The notes under the pieces were generated by a model. It ran no database searches. It saw only the letters and a program-made list of their open reading frames with translations, and was not told the DNA's origin. Of a stretch of 64,000 bases of DNA, positions 41,095 through 54,014 are shown piece by piece. The translations under genes and the position numbers were made by a program. Source of the stretch: Tubiluchus corallicola (lineage: Eukaryota; Animalia; Priapulida); the NCBI GenBank assembly GCA_030141605.1, contig JAQGDQ010000934.1, positions 15,313 through 79,312 on the forward strand, written 5' to 3'. Numbering within the stretch: the first letter of the stretch is position 1; every line of letters starts with the position of its first letter.

Positions 41095-44000
41095 AAACTA
41101 GATACAAGCACGTGTAGTGTAGCAGTGTGAAAGAAGCAGTCAGAAGGTTAAATGTTTGTTCAATATAAACTAGATACAAGCACGTGTAGTGTGTAGCAGT
41201 GTGAAAGAAGCAGTCAGAAGGTTAAATGTTTGTTCAATATAAACTAGATACAAGCACGTGTAGTGTGTAGCAGTGTGAAAGAAGCAGTCAGAAGGTTAAA
41301 TGTTTGTTCAGTATAAACTAGATACAAGCACGTGTAGTGTGTAGCAGTGTGAAAGAAGCAGTCAGAAGGTTAAATGTTTGTTCAATATAAACTAGATACA
41401 AGCACGTGTAATGTAGCAGTGTGAAAGAAGCAGTCAGAAGGTTAAATGTTTGTTCAATATAAACTAGATACAAGCACGTGTAGTAGCAGTGTGAAAGAAG
41501 CAGTCAGAAGGTTAAATGTTTGTTCAATATAAACTAGATACAAGCACGTGTAGTGTAGCAGTGTGAAAGAAGCAGTCAGAAGGTTAAATGTTTGTTCAAT
41601 ATAAACTAGATACAAGCACGTGAGTGTGGTAGCGTGAAAGAAGCAGTCAGAAGGTTAAATGTTTGTTCAATATAAACTAGATACAAGCACGTGTAGTGTG
41701 TAGCAGTGTGAAAGAAGCAGTCAGAAGGTTAAATGTTTGTTCAATATAAACTAGATACAAGCACGTGTAGTGTGTAGCAGTGTGAAAGAAGCAGTCAGAA
41801 GGTTAAATGTTTGTTCAATATAAACTAGATACAAGCACGTGTAGTGTGTAGCAGTGTGAAAGAAGCAGTCAGAAGGTTAAATGTTTGTTCAGTATAAACT
41901 AGATACACGTGTAGTGTGTGGCAGTGTGAAAGAAGCAGTCAGAAGGTTAAATGTTTGTTCAATATAAACTAGATACAAGCACGTGTAGTGTAGCAGTGTG
42001 AAAGAAGCAGTCAGAAGGTTAAATGTTTGTTCAATATAAACTATACAAGCACGTGTAGTGTAGCAGTGTGAAAGAAGCAGTCAGAAGGTTAAATGTTTGT
42101 TCAGTATAAACTAGATGCAAGCACGTGTAGTGTAGCAGTGTGAAAGAAGCAGTCAGAAGGTTAAATGTTTGTTCAATATAAACTAGATACAAGCACGTGT
42201 AGTGTAGCAGTGTGAAAGAAGCAGTCAGAAGGTTAAATGTTTGTTCAATATAAACTAGATACAAGCACGTGTAGTGTAGCAGTGTGAAAGAAGCAGTCAG
42301 AAGGTTAAATGTTTGTTCAATATAAACTAGGTACAAGCACGTGTAGTGTGTAGCAGTGTGAAAGAAGCATTGGAAGGTTAAATGTTTGTTCAATATATGT
42401 GGTGTTGTGTGGGGGGGTGGGTTTGTTTGTTTTTGTGGTGTGTGTGTGGTGTGGGGTGGTTGTGTTTGTTGTTTGTGGTGTGTGTGGGGGGGTGGGTTTG
42501 TTGGTGTTTTGTGGTGTGGGTGGGGGGTTGGGTTTGTTTGTTTTTGTGGTGTGTGTGTGGTGTGGGGTGGGTTTGTTTGTTTTAACTAGATACAAGCACG
42601 TTTAGTGTAGCAGGAAAGAAGCAGTCAGAAGGTTAAATGTTTGTTCAATATAAACTAGATACAAGCACGTGTAGTAGCAGTGTGAAAGAAGCAGTCAGAA
42701 GGTTAAATGTTTGTTCAATATAAACTAGATACAAGCACGTGTAGTGTAGCAGTGTGAAAGAAGCAGTCAGAATGTTAAATGTTTGTTCAATATAAACTAG
42801 ATACAAGCACGTGTAGTGTAGTGTAGCAGTGTGAAAGAAGCAGTCAGAAGGTTAAATGTTTGTTCAATATAAACTAGGTACAAGCACGTGTAGTGTGTAG
42901 CAGTGTGAAAGAAGCAGTCAGAAGATTAAATGTTTGTTCAATATAAACTAGATACAAGCACGTGTAGTGTGTAGCAGTGTGAAAGAAGCAGTCAGAAGGT
43001 TAAATGTTTGTTCAATATAAACTAGATACAAGCACGTGTAGTGTGTAGCAGTGTGAAAGAAGCAGTCAGAAGGTTAAATGTTTGTTCAATATAAACTAGA
43101 TACAAGCACGTGTAGTGTGTAGCAGTGTGAAAGAAGCAGTCAGAAGGTTAAATGTTTGTTCAATATAAACTAGATACAAGCACGTGTAGTGTAGCAGTGT
43201 GAAAGAAGCAGTCAGAAGGTTAAATGTTTGTTCAATATAAACTAGATACAAGCACGTGTAGTGTGTAGCAGTGTGAAAGAAGCAGTCAGAAGATTAAATG
43301 TTTGTTCAATATAAACTAGATACAAGCACGTGTAATGTGTAGCAGTGTGAAAGAAGCAGTCAGAAGGTTAAATGTTTGTTCAATATAAACTAGATACAAG
43401 CATGTGTAGTGTAGCAGTATGAAAGAAGCAGTCAGAAGGTTAAATGTTTGTTCAGGATAAACTAGATACAAGCACGTGTAGTGTAGCAGTGTGAAAGAAG
43501 CAGTCAGAAGGTTAAATGTTTGTTCAATATAAACTAGATACAAGCACGTGTAGTGTAGCAGTGTGAAAGAAGCAGTCAGAAGGTTAAATGTTTGTTCAAT
43601 ATAAACTAGATACAAGCACGTGTGGTGTGTAGCAGTGTGAAAGAAGCAGTCAGAAGGTTAAATGTTTGTTCAATATAAACTAGATACAAGCGCGTGTAGT
43701 GTGTAGCAGTGTGAAAGAAGCAGTCAGAAGATTAAATGTTTGTTCAATATAAACTAGATACAAGCACGTGTAGTGTAGCAGTGTGAAAGAAGCAGTCAGA
43801 AGGTTAAATGTTTGTTCAATATAAACTAGATACAAGCACGTGTAGTGTGTAGCAGTGTGAAAGAAGCAGTCAGAAGGTTAAATGTTTGTTCAATATAAAC
43901 TAGATACAAGCACGTGTAGTGTAGCAGTGTGAAAGAAGCAGTCAGAAGGTTAAATGTTTGTTCAATATAAACTAGATACAAGCACGTGTAGTGTGTAGCA

Positions 44001-44331
44001 GTGTGAAAGAAGCAGTCAGAAGGTTAAATGTTTGTTCAATATAAACTAGATACAAGCACGTGTAGTGTAGCAGTGTGAAAGAAGCAGTCAGAAGGTTAAA
44101 TGTTTGTTCAATATAAACTAGATACAAGCACGTGTAGTGTAGCAGTGTGAAAGAAGCAGTCAGAAGGTTAAATGTTTGTTCAATATAAACTAGATACAAG
44201 CACGTGTAGTGTAGCAGTGTGAAAGAAGCAGTCAGAAGGTTAAATGTTTGTTCAATATAAACTAGATACAAGCACGTGTAATGTAGCAGTGTGAAAGAAG
44301 CAGTCAGAAGGTTAAATGTTTGTTCAATATA
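41095..44331. repeat. Minisatellite, 72-74-bp unit, about 42 copies, interrupted by a G/T-only tract
   Basis: aactagatacaagcacgtgtagtgtagcagtgtgaaagaagcagtcagaaggttaaatgtttgttcaatata. Confidence 0.97.
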
Positions 44332-44700
44332 CACACGACTGATGCCATTATCACACCATATCAAGCAGTAAGAAATAGTAAGCCCATTCGTGAATTAAAG
44401 GAACGGTCAAGCCTTTTTGAAAGCCTGGAAATTACCCCAGCCTGACACGGGGTAATTTATATATAAAAAATTGTGTTCCTTTAATATTTACACCACTTTA
44501 GAGGGAATATAAAACAAACGAAGCCACTTCTAATACTCACTCAACGATAACATGATGTAAACGTTCTGCTTCAAAATTTAGTTTTCGTCCTAAAATTTAA
44601 AGGAAAAGTCAAGCTTTCTGGAAAGTTAGGCTTATTTCAATGTTCGTGAAAAATGTTAGAAGAATTTAGTAATAAAAGAGCAATAAGCGCCTCATGTAAC

Positions 44701-45208
44701 TAGTAAAATCACTTTAAAGTCGTGATCACTTCATGCTTGGGCGCTCTCATTCTTCCACCAATGACGTCATAATTAGTAAAATCACTTTAAAGTCGTGATC
44801 ACTTCATGCTTGGGCGCTCTCATTCTTCCACCAATGACGTCATAATTAGTAAAATCACTTTAAAGTCGCGATCAGTTCATGCTAGGGTGCTCTCATTCTT
44901 CCACCAATGACGTCATAATTAGTAAAATCACTTTAAAGTCGCGATCAGTTCATGCTAGGGTGCTCTCATTCTTCCACCAATGATGTCATAATTAGTAAAA
45001 TCACTTTAAAGTCGCGATCAGTTCATGCTTGGGTGCTCTCATTCTTCCACCAATGACGTCAAAATTAGTAAAATCACTTTAAAGTCGTGATCATTTCATG
45101 CTTGGGCGCTCTCATTCTTCCACCAATGACGTCATAATTAGTAAAATCACTTTAAAGTCGCGATCACTTCATGTTTGGGCGCTTCCATTGTTCCACCAAT
45201 GACGTCAT
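44701..45208. repeat. Minisatellite, 73-bp unit, 7 copies, inside a Kolobok-like element starting near 44600
   Basis: tagtaaaatcactttaaagtcgtgatcacttcatgcttgggcgctctcattcttccaccaatgacgtcataat. Confidence 0.95.
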
Positions 45209-45526
45209 TCGTTCTGAACAAAAGTAACGTACTGTCAATTTTCATCAAAGGTAAAATAAGTTTTTACAAAATAATTAGATAGCTAATTTTGTATTACTTT
45301 TGCGTAAACATTACGCTAAGCTGCAGAAATTTGAATCAGTATACGCAGCGCGCGCTTACGGAAAGTCACGAAGTCTCCCAGTTACGTCATGATTCTCAAC
45401 CGAATAGCAGCAACCAAGACGCCCGAAAGATGCCATTCAGAGATAGTAAATTTTAAATTTATGCTTTATAGACAGCTTGTTTAAAATTTCTTTGTTATAT
45501 TTTTCTACGTTTAAGTGAAAATAGTA

Positions 45527-45843
45527 TAAAATAAACCCAATATACAGAGTGACTTGTTCTTTCCTTTAGCACACCACAAACAGTTTGTGATAACAGTAAA
45601 TAAACCCAACATACTGAGTGACTTGTTCTTTCCTTTAGCACACCACAAACAGTTTAAGTGATAACAGTAAAATAAACCCAACATACTGAGTGACTTGTTC
45701 TTTCCTTTAGCACACCACAAACAGTTTAAGTGATAACAGTAAAATAAACCCAACTTATTGAGTGACTTGTTCTTTCCTTTAACACACCACAAACAGTTTA
45801 AGTGATAACAGTAAAATAAACCCAACATACTGAGTGACTTGTT
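45527..45843. repeat. Minisatellite, about 63-bp unit, about 5 copies
   Basis: taaaataaacccaacatactgagtgacttgttctttcctttagcacaccacaaacagtttaagtgataacag. Confidence 0.9.
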
Positions 45844-46425
45844 TTTTTCGTTTAAAATTATAATATCCTTTGAACACAATTCTGCTAAAAACTGAACTGA
45901 ACTAAACGGATTTTATATCAACTAAGTAAATTTGGAGTTTACAGGATTCACTTTAGCACACAGCAATCCAGAATTCAGCATTAAATGGCAGCACTTACTT
46001 AACGTTGACGGTTGTGGCAGGACTGGAATCTAATCAAGGATAATCCTCTAACACAACGCACTGAAATGGCAGAGGTGTTCCAGCCACGTTCGGGGGTATC
46101 ATATATCGTCTCGCTACGAGGCAAAAACCCAGAGTCGAAATAATGCATGAAACTGCCCAAATCAAAGACAGCGGTCACACATCCACTTACTATTCAGCCT
46201 TAGTGTTGCTTACTTTGGGCCGCGACTACGCAGCTATTCTTCTGCAGAATGTTGTGCAGATATCAGCTCTTGTACTTGGAGTTTTGCGGTAACGTCTATT
46301 CAGTGTAGCTAAGTTGAGATTTAGAAAGATTTACACTTGTTAACGTACGATGGCAGCACGCTGGGTGGCTTCACAAGACCAGTTAATCAAGGGCCAGTTT
46401 TTTCTGATCCCTGCAAAACAGTTAA

Positions 46426-46885
46426 CCCTTTCATACCCGTTGTATCCTGTGGGATACAAGAATATCTTCTGCGTTTAAAATTAATAAAATTTTAAACATG
46501 ACAGTTATTTGATCTGTTAATAGTTATTTTGATTTAATCCAATAACAATAGACTAAAAATGGTGATAAAATGGCAAACTAGAAAATATACATAGCATAAA
46601 AAACTGCGCAAGGTACAGTACTTTAAAGACGACTTTGTACAGATCAGCATAACATGCATACTAAATGTCTTATATACTTTAAAAAATTATCAACAGTTGC
46701 AAAATGAAGCACATTTTATGCTTCCATTGAATCCCAATGTATCCCGTGGGATACAGGCTATATTTAGCACGCGGGCACAGGTAGAAAAAAAATAATTATT
46801 ATATGTAAACAAGATGGACATACTGAACAAAAGTACCAAGCCAAAAATTTTTTCTCATTAAAAAAATAATTTGGGACTGAAAGGG
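46426..46885. mobile_element. piggyBac-like MITE
   Basis: TTAA-CCCTTTCA ... TGAAAGGG-TTAA; inverted homologue at 48655-49103. Confidence 0.85.
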
Positions 46886-47679
46886 TTAAGTCGTTTAAGA
46901 GCCAATAAACTACAAAGCTATTGATGTTTTCACGAGTCGAGGAGAAGCAACTGTTTGCGTTCAGCGTCTGAAAAACAAACGACTTATTGACAGGGTAAAT
47001 CAATGCCGTAAACAAAACAGGAAGTCGATATCGCAAAAAGTGGGAAAACACGCCTGTAAATAACGCAGCGTAAACAAACAACGGACTGGGAGTCACGAAA
47101 GAACAGGAACCCATGTAACTAACTGCAAGTAAACATTTGAACTAAATAATGATAGTGATAGTGACGATGACAATGACGATAATGAAAGTGATGATGACGG
47201 CAATGATTATGATAATGATGATGATGACGACGAATGCGATGCAACGACGCCATACATTTTCGATTACTGGTTTGGATAATGTGACCCTAATATTGCCAGC
47301 GTAGTAACTTTTCTATCAACTGCCCACAACAAGACCAATGACCACTGAGGTCAAGGGGCTATAGTGATAAGGTAGAAATAAGAATACAGGTCCCGAGAAA
47401 GAGCATTTTTGTAACTAGTTTACTCGTGCTGGGTATTGCGATTTTAGTTTTCGAGAAAATAATTTTCTGCTACAGAACACCGTAGATAAGAGACCCGAGG
47501 AAAAAATGGATTTACATGACAGCTGTTTTGCATCTAGCAATGTCCACGGAAAATATTAGGAGCAGGAGAAAAACTGACGTACCACACGATTCTACCAACA
47601 AATCGCTAATGTTTACGAACCAATGACAAAAGATGCCATTGACAGCATGTTTATTAAAACAGCGACAAGAAAGGTTTAA

Positions 47680-48362
47680 AGGACAAGAAAAGGGGCACCT
47701 GAAGTAGGTTTCAGAAAAATCACATTAAACAATCATATTACTTTATAGCAATTTTATGCGCATATCTTACTCGCACTGAAAGGAATTTTAGTTTGTTTTC
47801 ATTTTAAATCTCCCGCAATACTGTTCCGAAGTCGCCATTACATGACGTCATGTACCAAACGTAAATCAAGGGAAGAAAAGGAAATGTTAAATTATGTCTC
47901 AAAAGACTTTCCTTGCAAATCTGTGTTACTTAGATTTTCGCTTACCTGCTAGAAAGACTTATGTAACTAGAAAAGAAAATTATTAATTATTTAAAATGTT
48001 TTCACCAATTGGTAAAATGTTGTTGACTCACCCTCCAGGGTGCACCACTTACTAACCAAAAACGTATTTTTAATCTTATTGACAAGATGCAGTAATTTTA
48101 AATTTTATCTAGTTAATGACTTGTGCGCTACGAATGCTCTGATTATTTTTTCAAACTTTACAAAATGTTAGCTAAACTTATTTCAAATGACCTGTCGTGA
48201 AAATGACTGCGTCTAACGGTCATCGCGGGAGTTTAAATTTACATGTTTTATACAGCGTTACTGCCGATTGAAGTCCTGCACGCAAAAAGGCAGTATGTAA
48301 GCGATACAAAATTTCAAAACGAATTTTTTAAGCTTTATGTTTATGAAGGGTTTTCTTGTGCT
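47680..48362. mobile_element. Kolobok-like family A copy, opposite orientation
   Basis: TTAA-aggacaagaaaa ... ttttcttgtgct-TTAA; reverse complement of 4495-5167. Confidence 0.8.
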
Positions 48363-48654
48363 TTAACGTAGTAAATGATCTTTGATGAGCAAAAGATGGC
48401 AGCAGTGTTGACACCAAATCAAACCCAACCAAATGCATTCGTGAAATGGGTTAGTCACAAAGCCAGTAACAAGCGATTGATAATTTAAATTACCTCTATT
48501 TCAAAGTACTTGAAAGCGGAGAACTTCAAAATATATTAAAAGCATCTTAGTGACCTTTTGCTGCAAGCTAAACAAAAAGCCTTTTTAATTTTAATTGAGC
48601 GTTATTATCATTGTACGTGATGGAATGAATCCACAGTTTCAATGATTTAATTAA

Positions 48655-49103
48655 CTCTTTCACTCCCAAATTATTTTTTTAATAAGAAAAATTTTTTTGG
48701 CTTGGTACTTTTGTTCAGTATGTCCATCTTGCTTACACATAAAAACTTTTTTTCTAACCTGTGCCGGTGTGCTAAATATAGCCTGTATCCCACGGGATAC
48801 ATTGACATTCAATAGAAGCATAAAATGTGCTTCATTTTGCAACTGTTGATAATTTTTTAAAGTATTTAAGACATTTAGTATGCATGCTATGCTGATCTGT
48901 ACAAAGTCGTCTCTGAAGTACTGTACCTTGCGCAGTTTTTTATGCTATGTAAATTTTCTAGTTTGCCATTTTATTACCATTTTTAGTCTATTGTTATTGG
49001 CTTAAATCAAAATAAATATTAACAGATCAAATAACTGTCAGTTTTAAAATCTTATTAATTTCAAAGGCAGAATATCCTACGGGATACAACGGGTATGAAA
49101 GGG
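48655..49103. mobile_element. piggyBac-like MITE, inverted copy
   Basis: TTAA-CTCTTTCA ... TGAAAGGG-TTAA; reverse complement of 46426-46885. Confidence 0.85.
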
Positions 49104-49107
49104 TTAA

Positions 49108-49727
49108 AGCAAAACCGCACCGAATCTTAAACTGTAGGTCAAAACAATCTATTCTTTAAAATATTGAAAGGAAACATACTATTATTTTTTCAAAAATGAC
49201 TTACGTGAAAGAATTATTACCGCACAAACACAATTTCACATTCGCGCCACTAGTTCTTCGCTGTTACATGCATTTCGTCATTCGCTAGTTAGACGGGCAC
49301 TAGCGCCTGCATTACGGAAACGCAATGCACAAAAAACAGGTACTGTACTCTTCAGATCAGACGTGTTAGTTTGTGACGAACTACACACGTTCGACAGCTC
49401 GTGCGCGAGCACAGCGGTAAATTTTAAATTTGAATTTTTATCTTAAAACTTGCCTAGCTTTAGTACAACACACTGAATATCTTACAGTTCTGTACTTCAA
49501 ATTTCGCTTTTGCAAACACGTGCAACACGCTCGTGGAATATTTTGCTGTTCAAATTATGTTAGTTTGTGATGTCATCAACAGTTGGGCTCGTCCGCCGTT
49601 AATTAAGTTTTTAATCAATTATTTAATTGTCAGCAACACTGTTGCAGTATTAAACGTGTTAAATCGTGTATACTTTTTACTGGACCTGAAAATGGGGGTA
49701 GTACATGAAAAATCATTCTGTCTTTCT
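49108..49727. mobile_element. Kolobok-like family B copy
   Basis: Shared core; TTAA at both ends, the left one shared with a piggyBac-like MITE. Confidence 0.75.
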
Positions 49728-49733
49728 TTAACG

Positions 49734-49808
49734 GAGCTAAGTAGTCTAACTGTCACAGCGTTTGACTTGAAACCAGAACGTCCCTGGTTCAAATCTACTC
49801 TCAGTCCC
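49734..49808 (+). other. Degenerate tRNA-like sequence
   Basis: A-box-like tagtctaactg and B-box ggttcaaatct at tRNA-like spacing. Confidence 0.35.
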
Positions 49809-50117
49809 CATTTTTTCACAATTCCATTACTTTTGACAAGCTTGATTTTAAAATTTAATAATTGCACATTCATTACACGATTAATTAACCAATTAATCAA
49901 TTACGATTATAAATCATTATTCCAAATAAAGTAGGAACTTTGTTCACAAGACTAAGCAGAGATCACACTCACAATTTTCATTTCAATTTTATTTATTTTT
50001 CAGAGATGAAAGCGTCCATAATTGTTAGCAGCAACTACAAAAATACGTGATAGTTAGTAGGCAAAGCTAATTAAGAAATTAAAAAATTATCTACAATGAT
50101 GCAGCATAACACATAGG

Positions 50118-50478
50118 AGTAAAGAGGACCTGTTAAACGATGTTAAAAGCGTTAGATTATGATAGATAATTATGTTGATGAATGCTGGTATGAAGCCCAG
50201 TTAAGGAGTGGTGTCACGTGAGCAAGTGATTCAGAATCGAGGCGTCGAAGCTAGGCGCACGATATATAAGCCCTGTGATGCGCCCAGCTCAGGGGACTGA
50301 GTCTGGGAGCTGAAGGAGAGCAAGCTAGATCAGGGGGCTTGGTATTACTATCTGTTATATTTATTGTGTTTGATGTTCAATAAATGTGTAGTTTTATCAT
50401 CTGACTCTTCATAGTTTTGCCATTCCTAAAACACCAATAATCAGCTATACACAACCAATACAACGAATTATTTTTACT
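50118..50478 (+). mobile_element. Solo LTR-like element with AGT...ACT termini
   Basis: Starts agtaaa and ends tttact, with an internal TATATAA and AATAAA. Flanked by catagg direct repeats (50112-50117, 50479-50484). A second copy lies at 6.4-7.0 kb. Confidence 0.7.
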
Positions 50479-50565
50479 CATAGGCCTACGTATTTAGGTA
50501 AGACGGTTGAGAGTTGATAATACGTATAATACGTCCCTCCGTCTATGAAGTTTAGAGGTGTGATA

Positions 50566-50835
50566 TCATCTCAGAAAGCATCTCAGAGAAGTGTTATCAG
50601 ACATTTCAGGGAGCGATTTTAAGGAAAATGAACTTTTCCTTAGCAACACATCAAAGTAAGGGATGGAAAGATTTACTGTCGTCTCCCTTGCACTGCAGTG
50701 AAAAGGCAGAAAAAACAATTTCCTTTTACATTTGTTATATGTGACTTTAAATTCATTGAGATTATATGCAAAGAACTTTCTCCACAAAGCAACCCCATAG
50801 ACACTTATACCATAACTCTTAAAAAGCAAACGTTT
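50566..50835 (-). mobile_element. Non-LTR retrotransposon ORF2 C-terminal fragment
   Basis: LFKSYGISVYGVALW...FKVTYNKCKRKLF resembles the post-RT region of LINE ORF2 (recalled motif LFKSYC.S.YG..LW). Confidence 0.6.
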
Positions 50836-51171
50836 TGACTTTAAAGCTGAATATTAGCTCTAGCTGGTAAGGGTAAATTTCTCAGGTCTAATATCATCAT
50901 TATCACTGCCTGTGATGTGAACAAAATGTCGCAGATATTTTTCTGTAAAGACAGATTTAATAACACAGTCATTATACTACACACTACCGTCACGGATTTT
51001 ATTCCTACTGAAGGGTTTCACAACGCTGCATAACAGGATTCTTCATTTCCAATCAACATCATTCAAGTAATGACGTTCCCTCAATCACAGGATTCTGCTC
51101 TTTATCCTGTCTTAATCCCATTCTTATCATTTCCTCCTGGACGGCAGAATTAGCACAGGGCTGTAAAATCC

Positions 51172-51811
51172 CATCATTGGGGGTAATACATGCACAATAG
51201 ATCATAACGTCATCAGGGTAATACATGCACAATAGATCATGACGTCATCAGCGTAATACATGCACAATAGATCATGACGTCATCGGAGTAATGCATGCAC
51301 AAGAGGTCATGACGTCATCGGGGTAATACATGCACAAGGGAACATGACGTCATCGGGGTAATACATGCACAAGGGAACATGACGTCATCGGAGTAATGCA
51401 TGCACAAGAGATCATGACGTCATCGGGGTAATACATGCACAAGAGATCATGACGTCATCGGGGTAATAAGAATGCACAAGAGATCATAACGTCATCAGGG
51501 TTATACATGCACAAGAGATCATGACGTCATTGGGGTTATACATGCATAAGAGAACATGACGTCATCGGGGTAATGCATGCACAAGAGATCATGACGTCAT
51601 CGGGGTAATACATGCACAAGAGATCATGACGTCATTGGGGTAATACATGCACAAGAGATCATGACGTCATCGGGGTAATACATGCACAAGAGGTCATGAC
51701 GTCATCGGGGTAATACATGCACAAGAGATCATGACGTCATCAGGATGATACATGCACAAGAGATCATGACGTCATCGGGATAATACATGCACAAGAAATG
51801 ATGACGTCATC
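51172..51811. repeat. Minisatellite, 35-bp unit, about 18 copies
   Basis: gggtaatacatgcacaagagatcatgacgtcatcg. Confidence 0.95.
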
Positions 51812-52051
51812 ACCACCCCAGCAAAGTCACAAACTTGAATGTTAGCCATGCCAAATAAGGTTTGTTATAAGAGAATGCCTGTTCATCAAAACCTGAAAGG
51901 AATCTGTTTTTTGCTTACGTAGCTAGCAGGCAAGGATGGATTACTGGACAGCAGTGACTTTGTAGGGCCTATAGGAGGACAGACAAGGTTAAAAAATAGG
52001 GCCTTTAAAAGAGACTGAATTAAAAGGTGCATGATTCTTTTACGAAGTGCT

Positions 52052-52359
52052 AGTAATGTGTTTCTTGTGTACTTTTCTTACTCATCATTAATTCTGGATC
52101 TTTTTTGCTACTGTGTATGTCGTCTAGCACTCACACATAGATACCATGAGCCACAGTAATGTGTTTCTTATGTACTTTTCTTACCCCCCTCCAATTCTGG
52201 ATCTCTTTTACTACTGTGTATGTCGTCTAGCACTAATACATAGACACCATGAGCCACAGTAATGTGTTTCTTATGTACTTTTCTTACCCCCCTCCAATTA
52301 TGGATCTTTTTTACTACTGTGTATGTCGTCTAGCACTCATACATAGACACCATGAGCCA
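52052..52359. repeat. Tandem triplication, 103-bp unit
   Basis: agtaatgtgtttctt at 52052, 52155 and 52258. Confidence 0.9.
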
Positions 52360-52517
52360 GATTTTATGCATTCACTGTTGCTGCAAGCTCCGAGTAATTT
52401 AGTCTTCAAATTCAGACGACACTGTTTCTACTAGCGGCTGGAAAAATGTTCCTCAGGCTCAGATGGCCAAGAAAAGTCAAATTAGCTTTTCCATTTTGGA
52501 TCTCGTAGGAATATAGC

Positions 52518-52954
52518 CTGCACAGCATACATGCAAACTGAATATTCATTCTGCACTGCACAGCACAGCACACAGCAAACTGAATATTCATTCTGCACTG
52601 CACAGCACAGCATACATGCAAACTGAATATTCATTCTGTACTGCACAGCACAGCATACATGCAAACTGAATATTCATTCTGCACTGCACAGCACTGCACA
52701 TGCAAACTGAATATTCATTCTGTACTGCACAGCACTGCACATGCATACGGAATATGCATTCTGCACTGCACAGCACTGCACATGCAAACTGAATATTCAT
52801 TCTGCGATGCACAGCACTGCACATGCAAACTGAATATTCATTCTGCACTGCATAGCACTGCACATGCAAACTGAATATTCATTCTGCACTGCACAGCACT
52901 GCACATGCAAACTGAATATTCATTCTGTACTGCACAACACTGCACATGCAAACT
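52518..52954. repeat. Minisatellite, 41-43-bp unit, about 10 copies
   Basis: cacagcactgcacatgcaaactgaatattcattctgcactg. Confidence 0.95.
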
Positions 52955-53501
52955 CCTTCTGAATACCCTGCTGAGGTCAAATCAAAGATGGATCTACGTC
53001 CAGCTATGACTACGAATGAATAGTAATTTGTTATTAATGACCAGTGCCCACAAGCCTTATGATTGCCACGATTCTATTCACTAATCTTCATTAATACTAT
53101 TCGACAATCTGCAAGTCCTACTTAATGTTGTGGTTGTGACGAAATCAAAACCTAATGTGAAGGCTTTGCCTCGTGGCTTCGCAATGACTTCAATACTTCC
53201 TCCCTCAACAATAAAAACGACTAGAATCAGCATAGCGAATGAAACCGTCCAGAACGAGGCAGTCACCTATCCATTCACTGAGCAGCGCGAGTGTTGTTTA
53301 ACTTAGGTTACCAAGCACACGCCGTGAGCAGTTGACTATTCCTTGCACCTCAAAAATGATCAATCTTTGCTTTATGCTTGGTGTTACCTTAAAAAGTCTT
53401 GCATTCCGCTATTTCAATGATGTTGAACGGTGTGTGTGAATTTGACTTGTTTCAAATATATATATATGGAGAGTCTTATGAAAGCATTTGAAACAAGTCA
53501 A

Positions 53502-54014
53502 ATACTATTTTTTCAAAAATGACCTACGTGAAAGAATTATTACCACAAAAACACTATTTCAAGTTCGCGCCACTAATTCTTTGCTGTTATATGCATTTCG
53601 CCATTCGCTAGTTAGATGAGCACTACCGCCTGCATTTCGGAAAGCGTTGCACAAAAAACAGGTGCTGTACCTCTCAGTTCAGATGTGTCAGTTTGTGACC
53701 AACTACACACGTTCGACAGTTCATGCATCTTGAAGCTTGCCTAGTTTTAGTACAACACACTGAATATCTTACAGTAGCACTGTACTTCAATTTTCTCTTT
53801 CGCAAACACGCGCAACACGCTCGTGTAATACTTTGTTACTGAAAATTATGTTAGTTTGTGATGTCATCAAAAGTTGGGCTCGCCCGCCGTTAATTAAGTT
53901 TTTAGTCTATTATTTAACTATCAGAAACGCTTTTGCAGTATTAATTGTGTTAAAATGTATACTTTTATCAGACTTGAAAATGGGGCAGTATATGAAAAAT
54001 CATCCTGTCTTCCT
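53502..54014. mobile_element. Kolobok-like family B, 5'-truncated copy
   Basis: Shared core; ends catcctgtcttcct. Confidence 0.7.

Noticed and set aside
53440-53503. 18-bp perfect inverted repeat
   Set aside because: It sits at the truncation junction of a Kolobok-like copy and is probably a repair scar rather than a functional hairpin.
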